A stretch of DNA of 64,000 bases from Candidatus Latescibacterota bacterium (GCA_965219995.1 CBDCOX010000002.1:3200001-3264000); one strand, 5' to 3'; counted from the stretch's first letter, positions 47,430-57,688 are shown. The notes: generated by a model not told the origin, from the sequence alone. Numbers and translations: made by a program.

Positions 47430-47557
47430 TGCCCTATCCTGTTACGTTATATTGGATGCGCATTTCGAGAGTCTCGCCGACCGGCGTACCAGGCGTCGAC
47501 AATCGAATCGTTTTCCACAAACGAGGCAAAATGTACAAACTCACACAGGAGATCCTT

Positions 47558-48313
47558 ATGCGTATCGTCTGCACCTCGATGACTTGCTGTACGGAATCAG
47601 ACAATCCACGGTCTCATCCGGACAAGGTTGCCTGGGGATACGACGCCGGCAACGGACCCGACGTCTGGGGCCGGCTGAGCCCGGACTTTGCGCTTTGCGC
47701 CGACGGGACGTGCCAGTCTCCCGTCGACCTCCGGGATCCCATTGCGGAACGGCTCCCGCCAATCATCTTCAACTACCGGCCGACAGCGCTGGAAATCGGG
47801 AATACCGGACGCACCGTCCTCGCGACGCCTTCCGTGGAAAACTGGATCGTCATTGCCGGCGAAAAATACAGCCTGCTGCAGTTCCATTACCACGCGCCGT
47901 CCGAACACACGGTGGACGGGAAACCGTTCGACGTGGAGATGCACCTCGTTCACCGGAACGAAGAAGGCGCGCTGGCGGTTATCGGTGTGCTGATCGAGAA
48001 GGGAAAACCGCTCACCGCGTTCGATCGGATTCGAGCGCATCTGCCGCACGCGCCGGGCGAGAATAAACGCATTGACGGCGCCCCTGTCAACATCGGCGAT
48101 CTGCTGCCTCGAAGCAAGCGCTCCTACCGGTATGAAGGTTCCCTGACGACTCCGCCCTGCTCCGAGGGCGTCAGGTGGATTGTGATGGCAACGCCCATCC
48201 AACTCTCAGAGACGCAGATTGGCGCGTTCGAAGACATCGTTCACAAGAATAACCGGCCGGTACAGTCGCTGAACGGCCGCGAGATTTTCGTGGATATCGG
48301 AGACGGGAGTTAA
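47558..48313 (+). CDS. cah: Alpha-class carbonic anhydrase
   Basis: WGY..GP..WG, QSPVD, QFHYH.PSEH, EMHLVH, YEGSLTTPPCSEGV.W, NNRPVQ.LNGR; GGAG RBS. Confidence 0.95.
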   Translation: MRIVCTSMTCCTESDNPRSHPDKVAWGYDAGNGPDVWGRLSPDFALCADGTCQSPVDLRDPIAERLPPIIFNYRPTALEIGNTGRTVLATPSVENWIVIAGEKYSLLQFHYHAPSEHTVDGKPFDVEMHLVHRNEEGALAVIGVLIEKGKPLTAFDRIRAHLPHAPGENKRIDGAPVNIGDLLPRSKRSYRYEGSLTTPPCSEGVRWIVMATPIQLSETQIGAFEDIVHKNNRPVQSLNGREIFVDIGDGS

Positions 48314-48464
48314 TCGGGGATCGGTAGGATGAAGAAACGGGGGAAGGTCTTCCCGCGGTTCCGACTTCAAATCCGCAGATGCCGGCCTGTGCGGCTTCCT
48401 GCAAGTCCAGACTCCGGAGGCTGCCTGCCGGAATTGCCGTGCCCCAATCCGTCCGCGGTCGCGC

Positions 48465-49769
48465 TCAGGATTTACCGGCCGCGAGGATCCCGTATCGCTG
48501 TAACGTACTCGCCAGCGTGGGACGACCCAGCCGAATCCTGCCGTCGTTCAGCAGGTATGTGAACAGATATCCGACGCCGAGCATGAGGATCCCGATCAAA
48601 AAGCAATACATGACCGCTCGATCCGGATATACATCCTTGAGATATCCGACGTACAGGGGACCTGAGATGCCGGCGGCCGCCCAGGCCGTCAGGACGGCGC
48701 CGTAGATGGTGGACATCTTCTTCGTGCCGAACACGTCGAGGACGAAAGGGGGCATGGTCGCGAATCCGCCGCCGAAGCAGAGCAGGACGTAGCAGACCAG
48801 AGCCGAAAATATCCAGGGGTTGGTTTCCGTCATGAGGATGCCGAAGACGACCATCTGGCTGGCGAGGAGTACCCTGAAGACGGTAACACGGCCGAACCGG
48901 TCGGATAACAGACCCCAGAACAGTCGCCCCAATCCGTTGCAGATGGAACTGACGGCAATAAGCGTCGCGCCGTACTCAGCCAGTGTACTCGGTTCGATCG
49001 AACTGTCCGCCAGGCCCCAGATCTCCTGGAGGATTTCCGACTGGAAGCTGATGACCGAGATTCCTGCGGCGATGTTGAAGAAGAAGACGATCCACATGAT
49101 CACGAACTGGGTTGTCTTGAGGTACGATACAGCAGAATCCGGTTCCCCGTAATCCAGCGCGTCATCCGGTGCGCCGCCCGCGGGTACCGCTGACGCAGGC
49201 GGATCGCTGAGGGCCAGGCTGCAGGGAAGCAGTATGGCGCCGAATATGATCCCGAGCCAGATAAAAACAAGTGGAAGCGTGCCCGCTGTTGTTACGATCA
49301 AGAACGGCGCCAACCCCTTGCTCAAGAGGAAGGCGCCAACGCCGAAGCCCATAACGACGATACCCGTGGCCAGGCCCTTGCGGTCGGGGAACCACTTCGC
49401 TACGGTCGCGACCGGCGTGACGTATCCCAGCCCGATTCCCGCGCCGCCGATCACGCCGTAACCCAGGTAGAAAAGCGGTATGGAATCCATGTGAAGCGCG
49501 GCTCCGGAAATCAGGTATCCGCCTGAAAACAGGATGCTGCCGGTGACCGCCAGAAACCTTGGGCCCAATCGAGAGAGCATGTTGCCCGCCCAGGCCGCCG
49601 AGACGCCCAGCGTAAAAATCGCGATACTGAAGGCCCATGCCGTCTCCGTATGCGTCCAGCCGCCCTGATGCACCAGGATCGTCTGGAAGAAACTCCAGGC
49701 GTAGACCGTGCCGAAGCATACCTGCAGAACCGTGCAGAACAGCGCAATAGCGCCTCTTGGAATGCGCAA
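48465..49769 (-). CDS. OFA-family MFS transporter (oxalate/formate antiporter-like)
   Basis: GTVYAWS, GLGYVTPV....KWFPDRKGLATG, NGLGRLFWG.LSD. Confidence 0.92.
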   Translation of the reverse strand: MRIPRGAIALFCTVLQVCFGTVYAWSFFQTILVHQGGWTHTETAWAFSIAIFTLGVSAAWAGNMLSRLGPRFLAVTGSILFSGGYLISGAALHMDSIPLFYLGYGVIGGAGIGLGYVTPVATVAKWFPDRKGLATGIVVMGFGVGAFLLSKGLAPFLIVTTAGTLPLVFIWLGIIFGAILLPCSLALSDPPASAVPAGGAPDDALDYGEPDSAVSYLKTTQFVIMWIVFFFNIAAGISVISFQSEILQEIWGLADSSIEPSTLAEYGATLIAVSSICNGLGRLFWGLLSDRFGRVTVFRVLLASQMVVFGILMTETNPWIFSALVCYVLLCFGGGFATMPPFVLDVFGTKKMSTIYGAVLTAWAAAGISGPLYVGYLKDVYPDRAVMYCFLIGILMLGVGYLFTYLLNDGRIRLGRPTLASTLQRYGILAAGKS

Positions 49770-49783
49770 CCCCGATCCTCCGC

Positions 49784-50527
49784 TTAATCTCGCCGTTCTC
49801 CCGCCTCCCCCGACCCCTCCGTATCTGGCGAGTTCCCCGATACGTACCGAAACAGGCGCGCGAGGTCGCCGACCTCATCATCGCGGCCAAGCAACTCGTC
49901 GACCTCTGACTTCTCACGACTTCGATCCTCGGCAAGGTCCACCGCGTAGGAAAGAAGCCCTCCCAGCGGCTTTGCGGCCAGGTTGACCAGCCAGATCGAC
50001 GCCAGGACGCCAACAACAAGAAAAATACTGATGAGAATGACCTGCTGGCCGATGGCGCGCTGTATTTTGAGTGCGACAATGTCCAGGTCCATTCCAACGT
50101 GAACCGTGCCGGCAACGCCGGCCAGAATCGGGCTTCCCACCTCCAGGAAGTCGCCCAGACCGGGAATGCTTCGCTCAACCGGTTCGGTGTTGGACGGATC
50201 GCTTGCGAGAATCTCCTCGGGGATGCCGGGAACGAAGGTATGCGCCAGATACTCGCCCTCTTCGCTGGTAATATAGATGTAGCGGATGCCCTGAATCTCG
50301 ACGAACTGATCGATCATCGACTGCAGCGTTGCAAGATTCCGGTTCAGGAGGATGTCCACACTGGCGTTGGCGATGGTCTTCGCGATATCTTTGCTGTTGG
50401 ACGCGTATTCCGCCGACAATTGCGTGTCTACCGTGTAAATGCACAGGAAAGACGTCGACAGTACGATCAGCCCGAAGAGCGCGAAGATGCCGAATCTGGT
50501 CTTCTGAAACAGCTTTTGAATTTTCAT
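49784..50527 (-). CDS. Two-TM membrane protein with periplasmic sensor and HAMP domain, no output domain
   Basis: TM1, Cache-like YIYI....G..LAHTF, TM2, KPL..L....DL...DDEVGDLARLF, then a short tail. Confidence 0.8.
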   Translation of the reverse strand: MKIQKLFQKTRFGIFALFGLIVLSTSFLCIYTVDTQLSAEYASNSKDIAKTIANASVDILLNRNLATLQSMIDQFVEIQGIRYIYITSEEGEYLAHTFVPGIPEEILASDPSNTEPVERSIPGLGDFLEVGSPILAGVAGTVHVGMDLDIVALKIQRAIGQQVILISIFLVVGVLASIWLVNLAAKPLGGLLSYAVDLAEDRSREKSEVDELLGRDDEVGDLARLFRYVSGNSPDTEGSGEAGERRD

Positions 50528-50528
50528 A

Positions 50529-51896
50529 TTACGAAAGCCAGCTTTCCCAGTCGTCCAGAGTCACAAAGCGGCCGTCCTGAACGACGGTGTAGTAAACGGT
50601 TTGCAGACCCTGTCGCCGGTCGGGTCCGAAAGAAACCCGCTCCCCGATGCCGAGATCGAAATCCCGAACCGAGAAGACCGCGTCCTCCAGCCCCTCCCTG
50701 CTGGGAATGTCTCCCAGGCGCCGGAGAATCTCGGTCATCAGCTTCGCGTCCAGAAAGCCTTCCAGGCTGACAAAGCTCTGCTCGAACGGGCTGTAGGGCT
50801 CTTTGACCAGTTCCTTCGGAACGTCCGGATTGTAGCGCGCCATCAACTCGCGGTACTCTCTCACGGCAGGAATGGAAGTGTCCTCATAGCTGGGCACGAC
50901 CTGGGAATTGACGAGATACCGGGTGTACGTCTCGGCGTCGTCACGGCCCTCGCTGAGCAGATGCAGCAGATTCTCGCTGCCTACGAACGAAAGATTGGCG
51001 ATCGGGACCTTCAGGCCCAGGTCGATCGCGTCGCGGGCGAAAGCGGCGCACGCGGCGTATGATCCGATGCAGATGACGGCGTCCGGTGAAGCGCCTTGCA
51101 GGATTTCAACCTGGCGCCTCATGCTTCCGGTGAACCTTTGACCGCGGCGGTAGGTCGCCTCGCCGGCAATGTGTTTGCCGTGCGCCTCGATTGCCGCCCG
51201 CACGCCCGCCCATCCGCTGCGTCCGTACGCGTCGGCCTGGTAGAACACCGCGATCCGCTTTCTGCCGGTCCGGACGAAATTGTCCACAAGCCCCGCGGTC
51301 TCCTGGCGATAGGACGCCCGGAGGTTGAACGCGAAATCCCCGTATGGCGGCTCCCTCTGAGGCTGGGCGCCGGTAAACGGGAAAAACAGATAGACCCGCT
51401 CGTCCTGGAACTTCTTCAGCAGGGGAAGCGCGCGGGTCACGGTTGGCGTGCCGACGTACCCGAATAACAGGAACACCTGGTCTTCCAGCATGAGCTTCAT
51501 GGTGTTCTTCACGCATGGGTCCGGCTGGTACCCGTCGTCATAGAGCTTGAAGACGATCTGGCGGCCGCCAACCCCGCCGTTGTCATTTACGTGATTGAAG
51601 TACGATTTGGCGCCCCGGTAGAGTTCGCTGCCCAGCCCCCGCGAGGGCCCGGAAAACGCCGCGGACATGCCCAGGACGATCTTGCCGTCATATACGCCTT
51701 CAGAGCCTTCGCCGCGATCGGGGTTTTCTGTTGAAACTCCCGCTGATCCTCCTGTTTGGGCTCCTACGTCCCTCCAACCTCCCCAGGACAACGCCAGCAG
51801 CCCGAAAAGGCCTCGACGGAGGAGCGACCTTCGCGTGAGATCAAACGCGTGATTGTTCCTGGCGTCGTGTCCGTCGGTCCAATTGGGAAAATCCAT
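50529..51896 (-). CDS. Periplasmic type-1 solute-binding protein with a probable Tat signal
   Basis: TRRSLLRRG; LGMSAAFSGP, DDGYQP, GYVGTPT, FNLRASYRQE. Confidence 0.88.
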   Translation of the reverse strand: MDFPNWTDGHDARNNHAFDLTRRSLLRRGLFGLLALSWGGWRDVGAQTGGSAGVSTENPDRGEGSEGVYDGKIVLGMSAAFSGPSRGLGSELYRGAKSYFNHVNDNGGVGGRQIVFKLYDDGYQPDPCVKNTMKLMLEDQVFLLFGYVGTPTVTRALPLLKKFQDERVYLFFPFTGAQPQREPPYGDFAFNLRASYRQETAGLVDNFVRTGRKRIAVFYQADAYGRSGWAGVRAAIEAHGKHIAGEATYRRGQRFTGSMRRQVEILQGASPDAVICIGSYAACAAFARDAIDLGLKVPIANLSFVGSENLLHLLSEGRDDAETYTRYLVNSQVVPSYEDTSIPAVREYRELMARYNPDVPKELVKEPYSPFEQSFVSLEGFLDAKLMTEILRRLGDIPSREGLEDAVFSVRDFDLGIGERVSFGPDRRQGLQTVYYTVVQDGRFVTLDDWESWLS

Positions 51897-51978
51897 TCGG
51901 TTCCTCTTCAGCTGAAATACGGATTTGCCTGCATCACCGGGGGCTTCCGCGCCAATTCGATCGCAGGCCGGCCGATCC

Positions 51979-53094
51979 TCAGAAATTGTATGTAAAATGA
52001 ATGTCGAGCCGGTTGGCGATTCCGTCGTTCGGTCCCTTGTAGGTGGTTTTCCAGTACAGATATTCGACCGCCACCTGTAATGGTTTCCAGGGCCGATATC
52101 GGCCGACAGCGTAGAAGGCGCCATTCCTGGTACGCCCGCCCGAGGGCACGGCATCCTCGTCCGGCTTCTCCATCGTTGCTCCGGCGTAGAGCTTCCACTG
52201 GGCATTGGGCATGATCACGATTTGGGCCCACCCGCCGGTGGAGGCAATCTCCTCGCCTGTCGACGTGTTGACCCCCTGGCCGATACCGCCGCGTATATCC
52301 GTGAGATTGCTCCCGGTCCAGGCTTCGCCCTGCACCATAAATTGGTCGGTAAGGGAAATCGAAGCGTCAAGACCCACCGCGGTCGAAGCGAAGCTTGTCT
52401 CGCCGCCCACGGGTTCGGCTGTCTCCTCGGCGCCCCAATGGGCCCACGCGCCCGCCTTGAATTTCGGCTGCTCGAATCCCAGACGGGCCTGCAGAAAGGG
52501 CAGCGCCGCATCCCAACCATCCAGAATGCCGTTCCTGTCCAGGTCTTTCTTGTCCACGGCCCCGGTCTGGCCTGCCGCCACCGCCAGGGAAAAGCCACCC
52601 TCCGGTTTGAACGTGAGCCTGACCTGGGGATGCCGGTCTCCCAGGTTGCCCGCGTGCCACATCAGGCCGTCGTTGTTGGCGATCGGAAAGATCGGCGAAA
52701 TCACGTCCCAGCACTGGCCGGCGAGAAAATGCCAGTCCCCCCGCTGCAGATTGAAATAGGCCTGCCGCAGCCGGAGAATCTGGCGCGATTCGCTGCCGCC
52801 GTTCTGGAAATCGATCTCGACGAGGCCGCTGATGCTGGAGATCTCGTCCAGCTTCACGGGTTTGTACCTGGCGCCCAACCGGGTCAGACGCGGGTACATG
52901 GTCAAATTGCCATCTGTTTCGGCGCCGGGATCTTCCGGCTTTACCCAGAAACCGAATTGGTGGCTTTGCATCTTCGAATCGTCGAATACGGCGTCGAAGC
53001 GGACAAAACCGTAAACCGAGAATTCTCCGGCATAGGCCGAATTTCCCCCGCTCAACAGGCAGGCCAATATTGCTGCGGCGATAGCCCTTTTCAA
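51979..53094 (-). CDS. DcaP-like outer-membrane porin
   Basis: TTG start with AAGGAG; signal peptide; VYGFVRFD, TRLG, EIDF, LRLRQAY, AGQ.W, C-terminal YNF. Confidence 0.8.
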   Translation of the reverse strand: MKRAIAAAILACLLSGGNSAYAGEFSVYGFVRFDAVFDDSKMQSHQFGFWVKPEDPGAETDGNLTMYPRLTRLGARYKPVKLDEISSISGLVEIDFQNGGSESRQILRLRQAYFNLQRGDWHFLAGQCWDVISPIFPIANNDGLMWHAGNLGDRHPQVRLTFKPEGGFSLAVAAGQTGAVDKKDLDRNGILDGWDAALPFLQARLGFEQPKFKAGAWAHWGAEETAEPVGGETSFASTAVGLDASISLTDQFMVQGEAWTGSNLTDIRGGIGQGVNTSTGEEIASTGGWAQIVIMPNAQWKLYAGATMEKPDEDAVPSGGRTRNGAFYAVGRYRPWKPLQVAVEYLYWKTTYKGPNDGIANRLDIHFTYNF

Positions 53095-53182
53095 AAATCC
53101 GCTCCTTTGCAGAAGAGTACCCAGGTCCGACAGAACGTTGGCGGCGAAAGCTCGCGATTCCAGCATCGGGCGCCGGCGGGAT

Positions 53183-53416
53183 CTATTCTTCAGCCGTTTC
53201 TTCCGCACCGTCGCCGTTTTGTGCGCGGATGCGTTCCACGTATGACCGGCCCCTGTTTACGGCTTTGTCCACTTTGCGTCGAACGGTCTGACGCGTTTCG
53301 ATACCGCTTCGAGGAGCCAGCATTACACCGGCGATGATTCCAAATGCCATTCCGATAATGGCGCCCAGGCCGAATATGCCCAGGCATAGACTCACGTTGT
53401 TCGTCTCGCGATCCAC
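53183..53416 (-). CDS. YtxH-domain small membrane protein
   Basis: GAIIG...G...G.MLAP.SG.ETR motif; GTG start with GGGAGG. Confidence 0.75.
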   Translation of the reverse strand: MDRETNNVSLCLGIFGLGAIIGMAFGIIAGVMLAPRSGIETRQTVRRKVDKAVNRGRSYVERIRAQNGDGAEETAEE

Positions 53417-53511
53417 TGAAGCCTCCCGGTCCGAAAACCATAAATATCGATGCATGGCAACGTCATTGCAGACGAAACCGAACAATCGTCGATTTTCACC
53501 AGAACCTCTAA

Positions 53512-53540
53512 TTTATAATGCAAAGCATCCGAATAGTCAA
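53512..53540 (-). promoter_or_regulatory. Putative sigma70 promoter of the ytxH-porin-SBP-HAMP-MFS operon
   Basis: Minus strand TTGACT-17-TATAAA. Confidence 0.5.
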
Positions 53541-53661
53541 TGCATTTGGTAAAATCTGCGGGGAATCGAAGCGCGAAATTCGCGAGGCAAACAGGGATTA
53601 CCACCCAATCTGCAGGAAGGGCGTCTGCGTCCGCCCACGCGACTTCCCGGTTCCGCGCCGC

Positions 53662-54942
53662 TCAGATCCGTTTGCGATCGTAAATCCACGTCAACGGATA
53701 CACGCGCAGTACCAGTTCCCCGGGCTTTCTGGCCGTCTGCTTGCGTTCACCGAGCGTCACCGCCTCGCCGGTATCCTCATCCGGCTCCACCCAGCTTCGA
53801 TGGTACATCAGCAGCACCCGGTCGCCGTGAAACCACACGTTCGCGTAGTCGAACGTGGCGAAGTCCTCCGGCAGCGTTCCCAGTTCCGGAAGCGCGACGA
53901 CAGGACTGACCGGATACTGAGGGGGAACCCGCGCCAGGTCCTCCATGCCGCCGCTGAGTTCGATCGTCCGGAAGTGCGACCAGCTGGCCCCGTTGTCGCT
54001 CGAAACCGCGGCTGACAACCTGCCGCGCCGGTACCCTCTCAGGATCTCCTCGCGCGACGTCTGGTTCCAGACGCACATCAGGTCGCCGGTACCCGGAATC
54101 CGCCTGATCCTGGGCGGCGAATAGGAAGCGGCGAGATCGCTCGGCACCACCGGTGTCCAGGTCTCGCCTTCGTCCTCGCTGTAGCTCTGCACGAGCCGCC
54201 CCACCGTGGACCTCGCCACCATCATCAGCCGTCCATCCGGACACGCCGCCACACCGGGCTCATCCACGGCGGTAATACCTCCCCGGCCGTTCGGAATGCC
54301 CTCGGCGTCGAACCAGCCCATCAGCTGACCCCGGCACATCTGCCAGGTGCGGCCTTCGTCGTCCGAATAACTCACCGAAGCAATATCCACTTCCGGATAA
54401 TGATAGTGCCCGCTCACCTGCAGCCGCCGCCCCTTCCAGAATCCATAGCTGCTCACGCGCGCGTACTCCAGCCCCGAATGATGGTTGTTGCTGTGGCAGA
54501 TCCGGCTCGGCATTACCATCCGGCCGTTCGGCATCTGAATCATCGTATCGTAATACGGTCCGCCGAGCAGATTCATCGGCCATTCTCCGGACCAGGACCT
54601 GCCCTCGTCGTCCGATACCGAAAGGAAGAACGGGTTCCAGTTGAACATCTCCGATCCGCGATGTCGATTTCCACGTCCGAGATGCGCGAGGGCCAGCCGG
54701 CCCGACGACAACCGGATGCAGGACAGGCAGGAGGTTTCGCCAAGGGAATCCCAGTCCGGCGCTTGCGCTCTTTCCCACGTCAGACCGGAGTCTCCGGATC
54801 GGTAAACCCCGCGGCCCGCGATCATCAGCAGTCCGTCTTGTACTTCCACAACGGCCGTCGCGCTTCCGGCGCCCAGGCCGATATGCTCTGTAGCGCCTTC
54901 CGGCAAAGACTTTCGAAATACCGGCTTTCCTGGATCGGCCAT
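53662..54942 (-). CDS. BNR/Asp-box sialidase-like protein
   Basis: Repeated SDDEG.TW boxes, DEP, QSYS.D.GETW. Confidence 0.88.
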   Translation of the reverse strand: MADPGKPVFRKSLPEGATEHIGLGAGSATAVVEVQDGLLMIAGRGVYRSGDSGLTWERAQAPDWDSLGETSCLSCIRLSSGRLALAHLGRGNRHRGSEMFNWNPFFLSVSDDEGRSWSGEWPMNLLGGPYYDTMIQMPNGRMVMPSRICHSNNHHSGLEYARVSSYGFWKGRRLQVSGHYHYPEVDIASVSYSDDEGRTWQMCRGQLMGWFDAEGIPNGRGGITAVDEPGVAACPDGRLMMVARSTVGRLVQSYSEDEGETWTPVVPSDLAASYSPPRIRRIPGTGDLMCVWNQTSREEILRGYRRGRLSAAVSSDNGASWSHFRTIELSGGMEDLARVPPQYPVSPVVALPELGTLPEDFATFDYANVWFHGDRVLLMYHRSWVEPDEDTGEAVTLGERKQTARKPGELVLRVYPLTWIYDRKRI

Positions 54943-55035
54943 GCTTCTTTCCTCCCCGGTCGGTTACGCTCACATACGTGATATCATGGGCGGAATCTCG
55001 GCCCTGAAGGGTCTTCAGGGGCGCGAACCTGTCCG

Positions 55036-56418
55036 CTAGCTGAAGCGTATGGCGTAGAGGTCGGCCTCTTTCATCGCCGCGCGAAGACGCACCGGCCTTC
55101 CGGCCAGCGCCGACACGTCTGAGCCGTTATCCCAGCGAACCGTCCGCGCGATCTCGTCTCCGAAGATCTCGACACTTTCGGAGAGCGTGCGGCCGGGGAT
55201 GGGGCGGCCCTGCTCGTCCTGAATCTCGAAACGGATTTCGCCGGCCACCGAGGTCGCGTAGTTGATGGCCAGCTCACTGCCTGCGAAGGTGAAGGGCCTG
55301 GTTACGAACTCGCCTCCGCCGAAGGGCGCGTTGACGGAGACGAAGCCGTCGGTCCGAAGCACGCCTCGACGGAGCCGGCACGTCGGGTTCCGGTAGTTCT
55401 CTACGTAGTAGACCGAGATCTCCCCGGGCCCGGTGGGCACGACGCCGACGCCGGCGGCCATGTTCCGCTCATTCCAGTTCCTTGAGTCAAGGCCCGGACG
55501 GATGAACGGTCCCATAAACCGGCGGTCCCACCGGACGCCGTCCCGGCTGGTCATGAAGACCCCCTCTGACAGGCCGTCGGACACCCAGTCTCTGTGGAAT
55601 TTCCGGCCAAGCCGAAGCCGCTTGGGGAACATCAGGTAGACGTGGGGAGCGCGGAAGTAGAGGGTCGCCGCGTTGGTGTACAGGTGCTCCTTTTGCCTTC
55701 CGCCCATGTCGATCAGCTCCGGCGCGGTCCAGTCCAGGAAGTCGTCCGACTCGGCCCTCCGAATCGACCGGTATACGCCACCCTGACCGGGCTCGCCGCC
55801 ATGATCGCATTCGGGCGTGAAACCCCTCAGGTAGCTGACGTACTTGCGAATATTGACGTCCCAGAAAGCCACATTGGGGGAGTCGAAGCTGGGATGGTCG
55901 TCGGGTGGCGCGTGCAGGATCGGCACGTCCCGGATCAGCTTCCAATGGATGCCGTCGGGCGAACCATAGCCGTAAATCGTGGAGCGTTTGTCCAGCTTTT
56001 CGCCCCTCAGGAAGCCTTTGTACCGCAGAGATTCCGGTGCGGCCGGATTCGGATCCTTGAAGACGCAGGCGTTCCAGTGCACGGCCCCCATGACGATGTT
56101 GTTCTCCTTCGAGCCCTCGAACTCGTGGAGCCCGAGGGTCGGACGCTCGAAGTGGATGCCGTCCGGGCTTTCGGCGTAGCAGGTCGTCCGGTGCGTTCCA
56201 TCAGGGCCGGTGGCGCGGTACCAGAGGCGGTATCGCCCGTCGTCGAGGATAATGTTCGCGGCCCACGACGTCTCCCCTTCCCAGGATTGGTCGAAGTCGA
56301 GGGCGACCTCAGCCGGCACCGGAGGATGGAGTTTGAGGCTCGTGTCCGTCATCGTGTCGATCAGCCAGTCGTCGACGAACAGTTCAAGCCTGGAGCCAAT
56401 GTCTCTCACGCCAGCCAT
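55036..56418 (-). CDS. Five-bladed beta-propeller glycoside hydrolase-like protein (GH32/GH43 clan-like)
   Basis: LELFVDD, YAES.DGIH.ERP, S.DGIHW, FDS, R.DGFVS, DLYAIRF. Confidence 0.75.
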   Translation of the reverse strand: MAGVRDIGSRLELFVDDWLIDTMTDTSLKLHPPVPAEVALDFDQSWEGETSWAANIILDDGRYRLWYRATGPDGTHRTTCYAESPDGIHFERPTLGLHEFEGSKENNIVMGAVHWNACVFKDPNPAAPESLRYKGFLRGEKLDKRSTIYGYGSPDGIHWKLIRDVPILHAPPDDHPSFDSPNVAFWDVNIRKYVSYLRGFTPECDHGGEPGQGGVYRSIRRAESDDFLDWTAPELIDMGGRQKEHLYTNAATLYFRAPHVYLMFPKRLRLGRKFHRDWVSDGLSEGVFMTSRDGVRWDRRFMGPFIRPGLDSRNWNERNMAAGVGVVPTGPGEISVYYVENYRNPTCRLRRGVLRTDGFVSVNAPFGGGEFVTRPFTFAGSELAINYATSVAGEIRFEIQDEQGRPIPGRTLSESVEIFGDEIARTVRWDNGSDVSALAGRPVRLRAAMKEADLYAIRFS

Positions 56419-56464
56419 GGATCATCCTCCTGACACGCCGATACTGCACCTGCCGGCTGACCTG

Positions 56465-57688
56465 CTAATTCCAATCCACCGGCGAATGCAACTCGCCCAG
56501 AAGCACCCGCCGCACACGGTCCAGGCCCTGGATCACCGTCCACCGACGAACCAGGTCCGAGTCATCGAAGGACCGCCCCTGCTCGTTCATGCTCAGGTCT
56601 CCCGGCCCTCGAACCGCGATTACCGTCGTGTTCCCGTTGCAGGGGCCGATCATCGCCAACCCCACGCCGCCATCGGGCGCAACGCGCTCCGCCAACTCCC
56701 GCGCCGTCGTCCGGTCATCGGCGCCTCGAGGCAAGCCGTTGCGTGCGGCCGCCGTCGCCCGCTCGGCATCGCTCCCGTGCAGATCCGTGAGTACGACGCT
56801 CTGGAATCCCGCCTCGCCCAACTCCCGTGACAGTTGTCCGCCGGTAAGTCCGTCTACCAGTCCGAGCTTCAGTTCACGCTGCGTCAGGAGCCTGCCCACG
56901 ACTTCGGCAACGGTCTCTTTCTCCACACCGTAGACGGCCACACCCAGCCGGCGCCGCAGTTCGGTTTCCATACCGGCAATCAGCGCGTCGGCATCCGCTT
57001 CCGAATCGGCCCTGGCTGTCACGCGAACGTCCGTCTGCCCGGCGTGCGCCGCCAGGCCGACCGATGGGTTCGAAGACGCCATCAGGTCGCCGATGCCACG
57101 ATCGATATTGCTTTCCCCAACCGCGCACGTCCGGAGCACCCGCACCCGGATAACCTTCACCCCGCCCATCCTTTCCACGAGCAGGGGCACCACGGTATGC
57201 TCCATCATGTGCGCGAGTTCCCGCGGAACGCCCGGCAGGCAGACGATGAACCCCCGCCCTTTCGTGTCTTCGCTCAGAAAACACGGCGCCGTGCCAACGG
57301 GATTCTCCAGCGGCAACGCGCCCTCCGGAAGGTACGCCTGCCGTTTGTTGTTTGCCGCCATTTTCCGGCCGAAATTCCGGAACCGGGCGGCGATCTGCGC
57401 CTCCAGGTCGTTGCTGTAAACCAGCTTCCGTCCGGTTGCACGCGCGATCGCCTGCCGGGTCACGTCGTCAACCGTGGGTCCGATGCCCCCCGACGTAATC
57501 ACCACGTCCGACCTGTCCAACGCGAGGTCGAGGACTTCGGTGATGCGTTCCTCGTTGTCTCCCACGGTGGTCTTGTAATAGAGGTCCATTCCGATGTTTC
57601 GGAGCGCCACGGCCAGCAGATTCGCGTTCGTGTCGACGATTTCTCCAAGCAGAAGCTCGGTCCCGACCATAACAATCTCAGCGCGCAC
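56465..57688 (-). CDS. cinA: CinA-family protein (MoCF-like N-terminal domain, degenerate C-terminal PncC domain)
   Basis: GTELLLGEIVDTN, VGDN, GGIGPTVDDVT, NPVGTAP, LPGVPRE. Confidence 0.9.
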   Translation of the reverse strand: MRAEIVMVGTELLLGEIVDTNANLLAVALRNIGMDLYYKTTVGDNEERITEVLDLALDRSDVVITSGGIGPTVDDVTRQAIARATGRKLVYSNDLEAQIAARFRNFGRKMAANNKRQAYLPEGALPLENPVGTAPCFLSEDTKGRGFIVCLPGVPRELAHMMEHTVVPLLVERMGGVKVIRVRVLRTCAVGESNIDRGIGDLMASSNPSVGLAAHAGQTDVRVTARADSEADADALIAGMETELRRRLGVAVYGVEKETVAEVVGRLLTQRELKLGLVDGLTGGQLSRELGEAGFQSVVLTDLHGSDAERATAAARNGLPRGADDRTTARELAERVAPDGGVGLAMIGPCNGNTTVIAVRGPGDLSMNEQGRSFDDSDLVRRWTVIQGLDRVRRVLLGELHSPVDWN

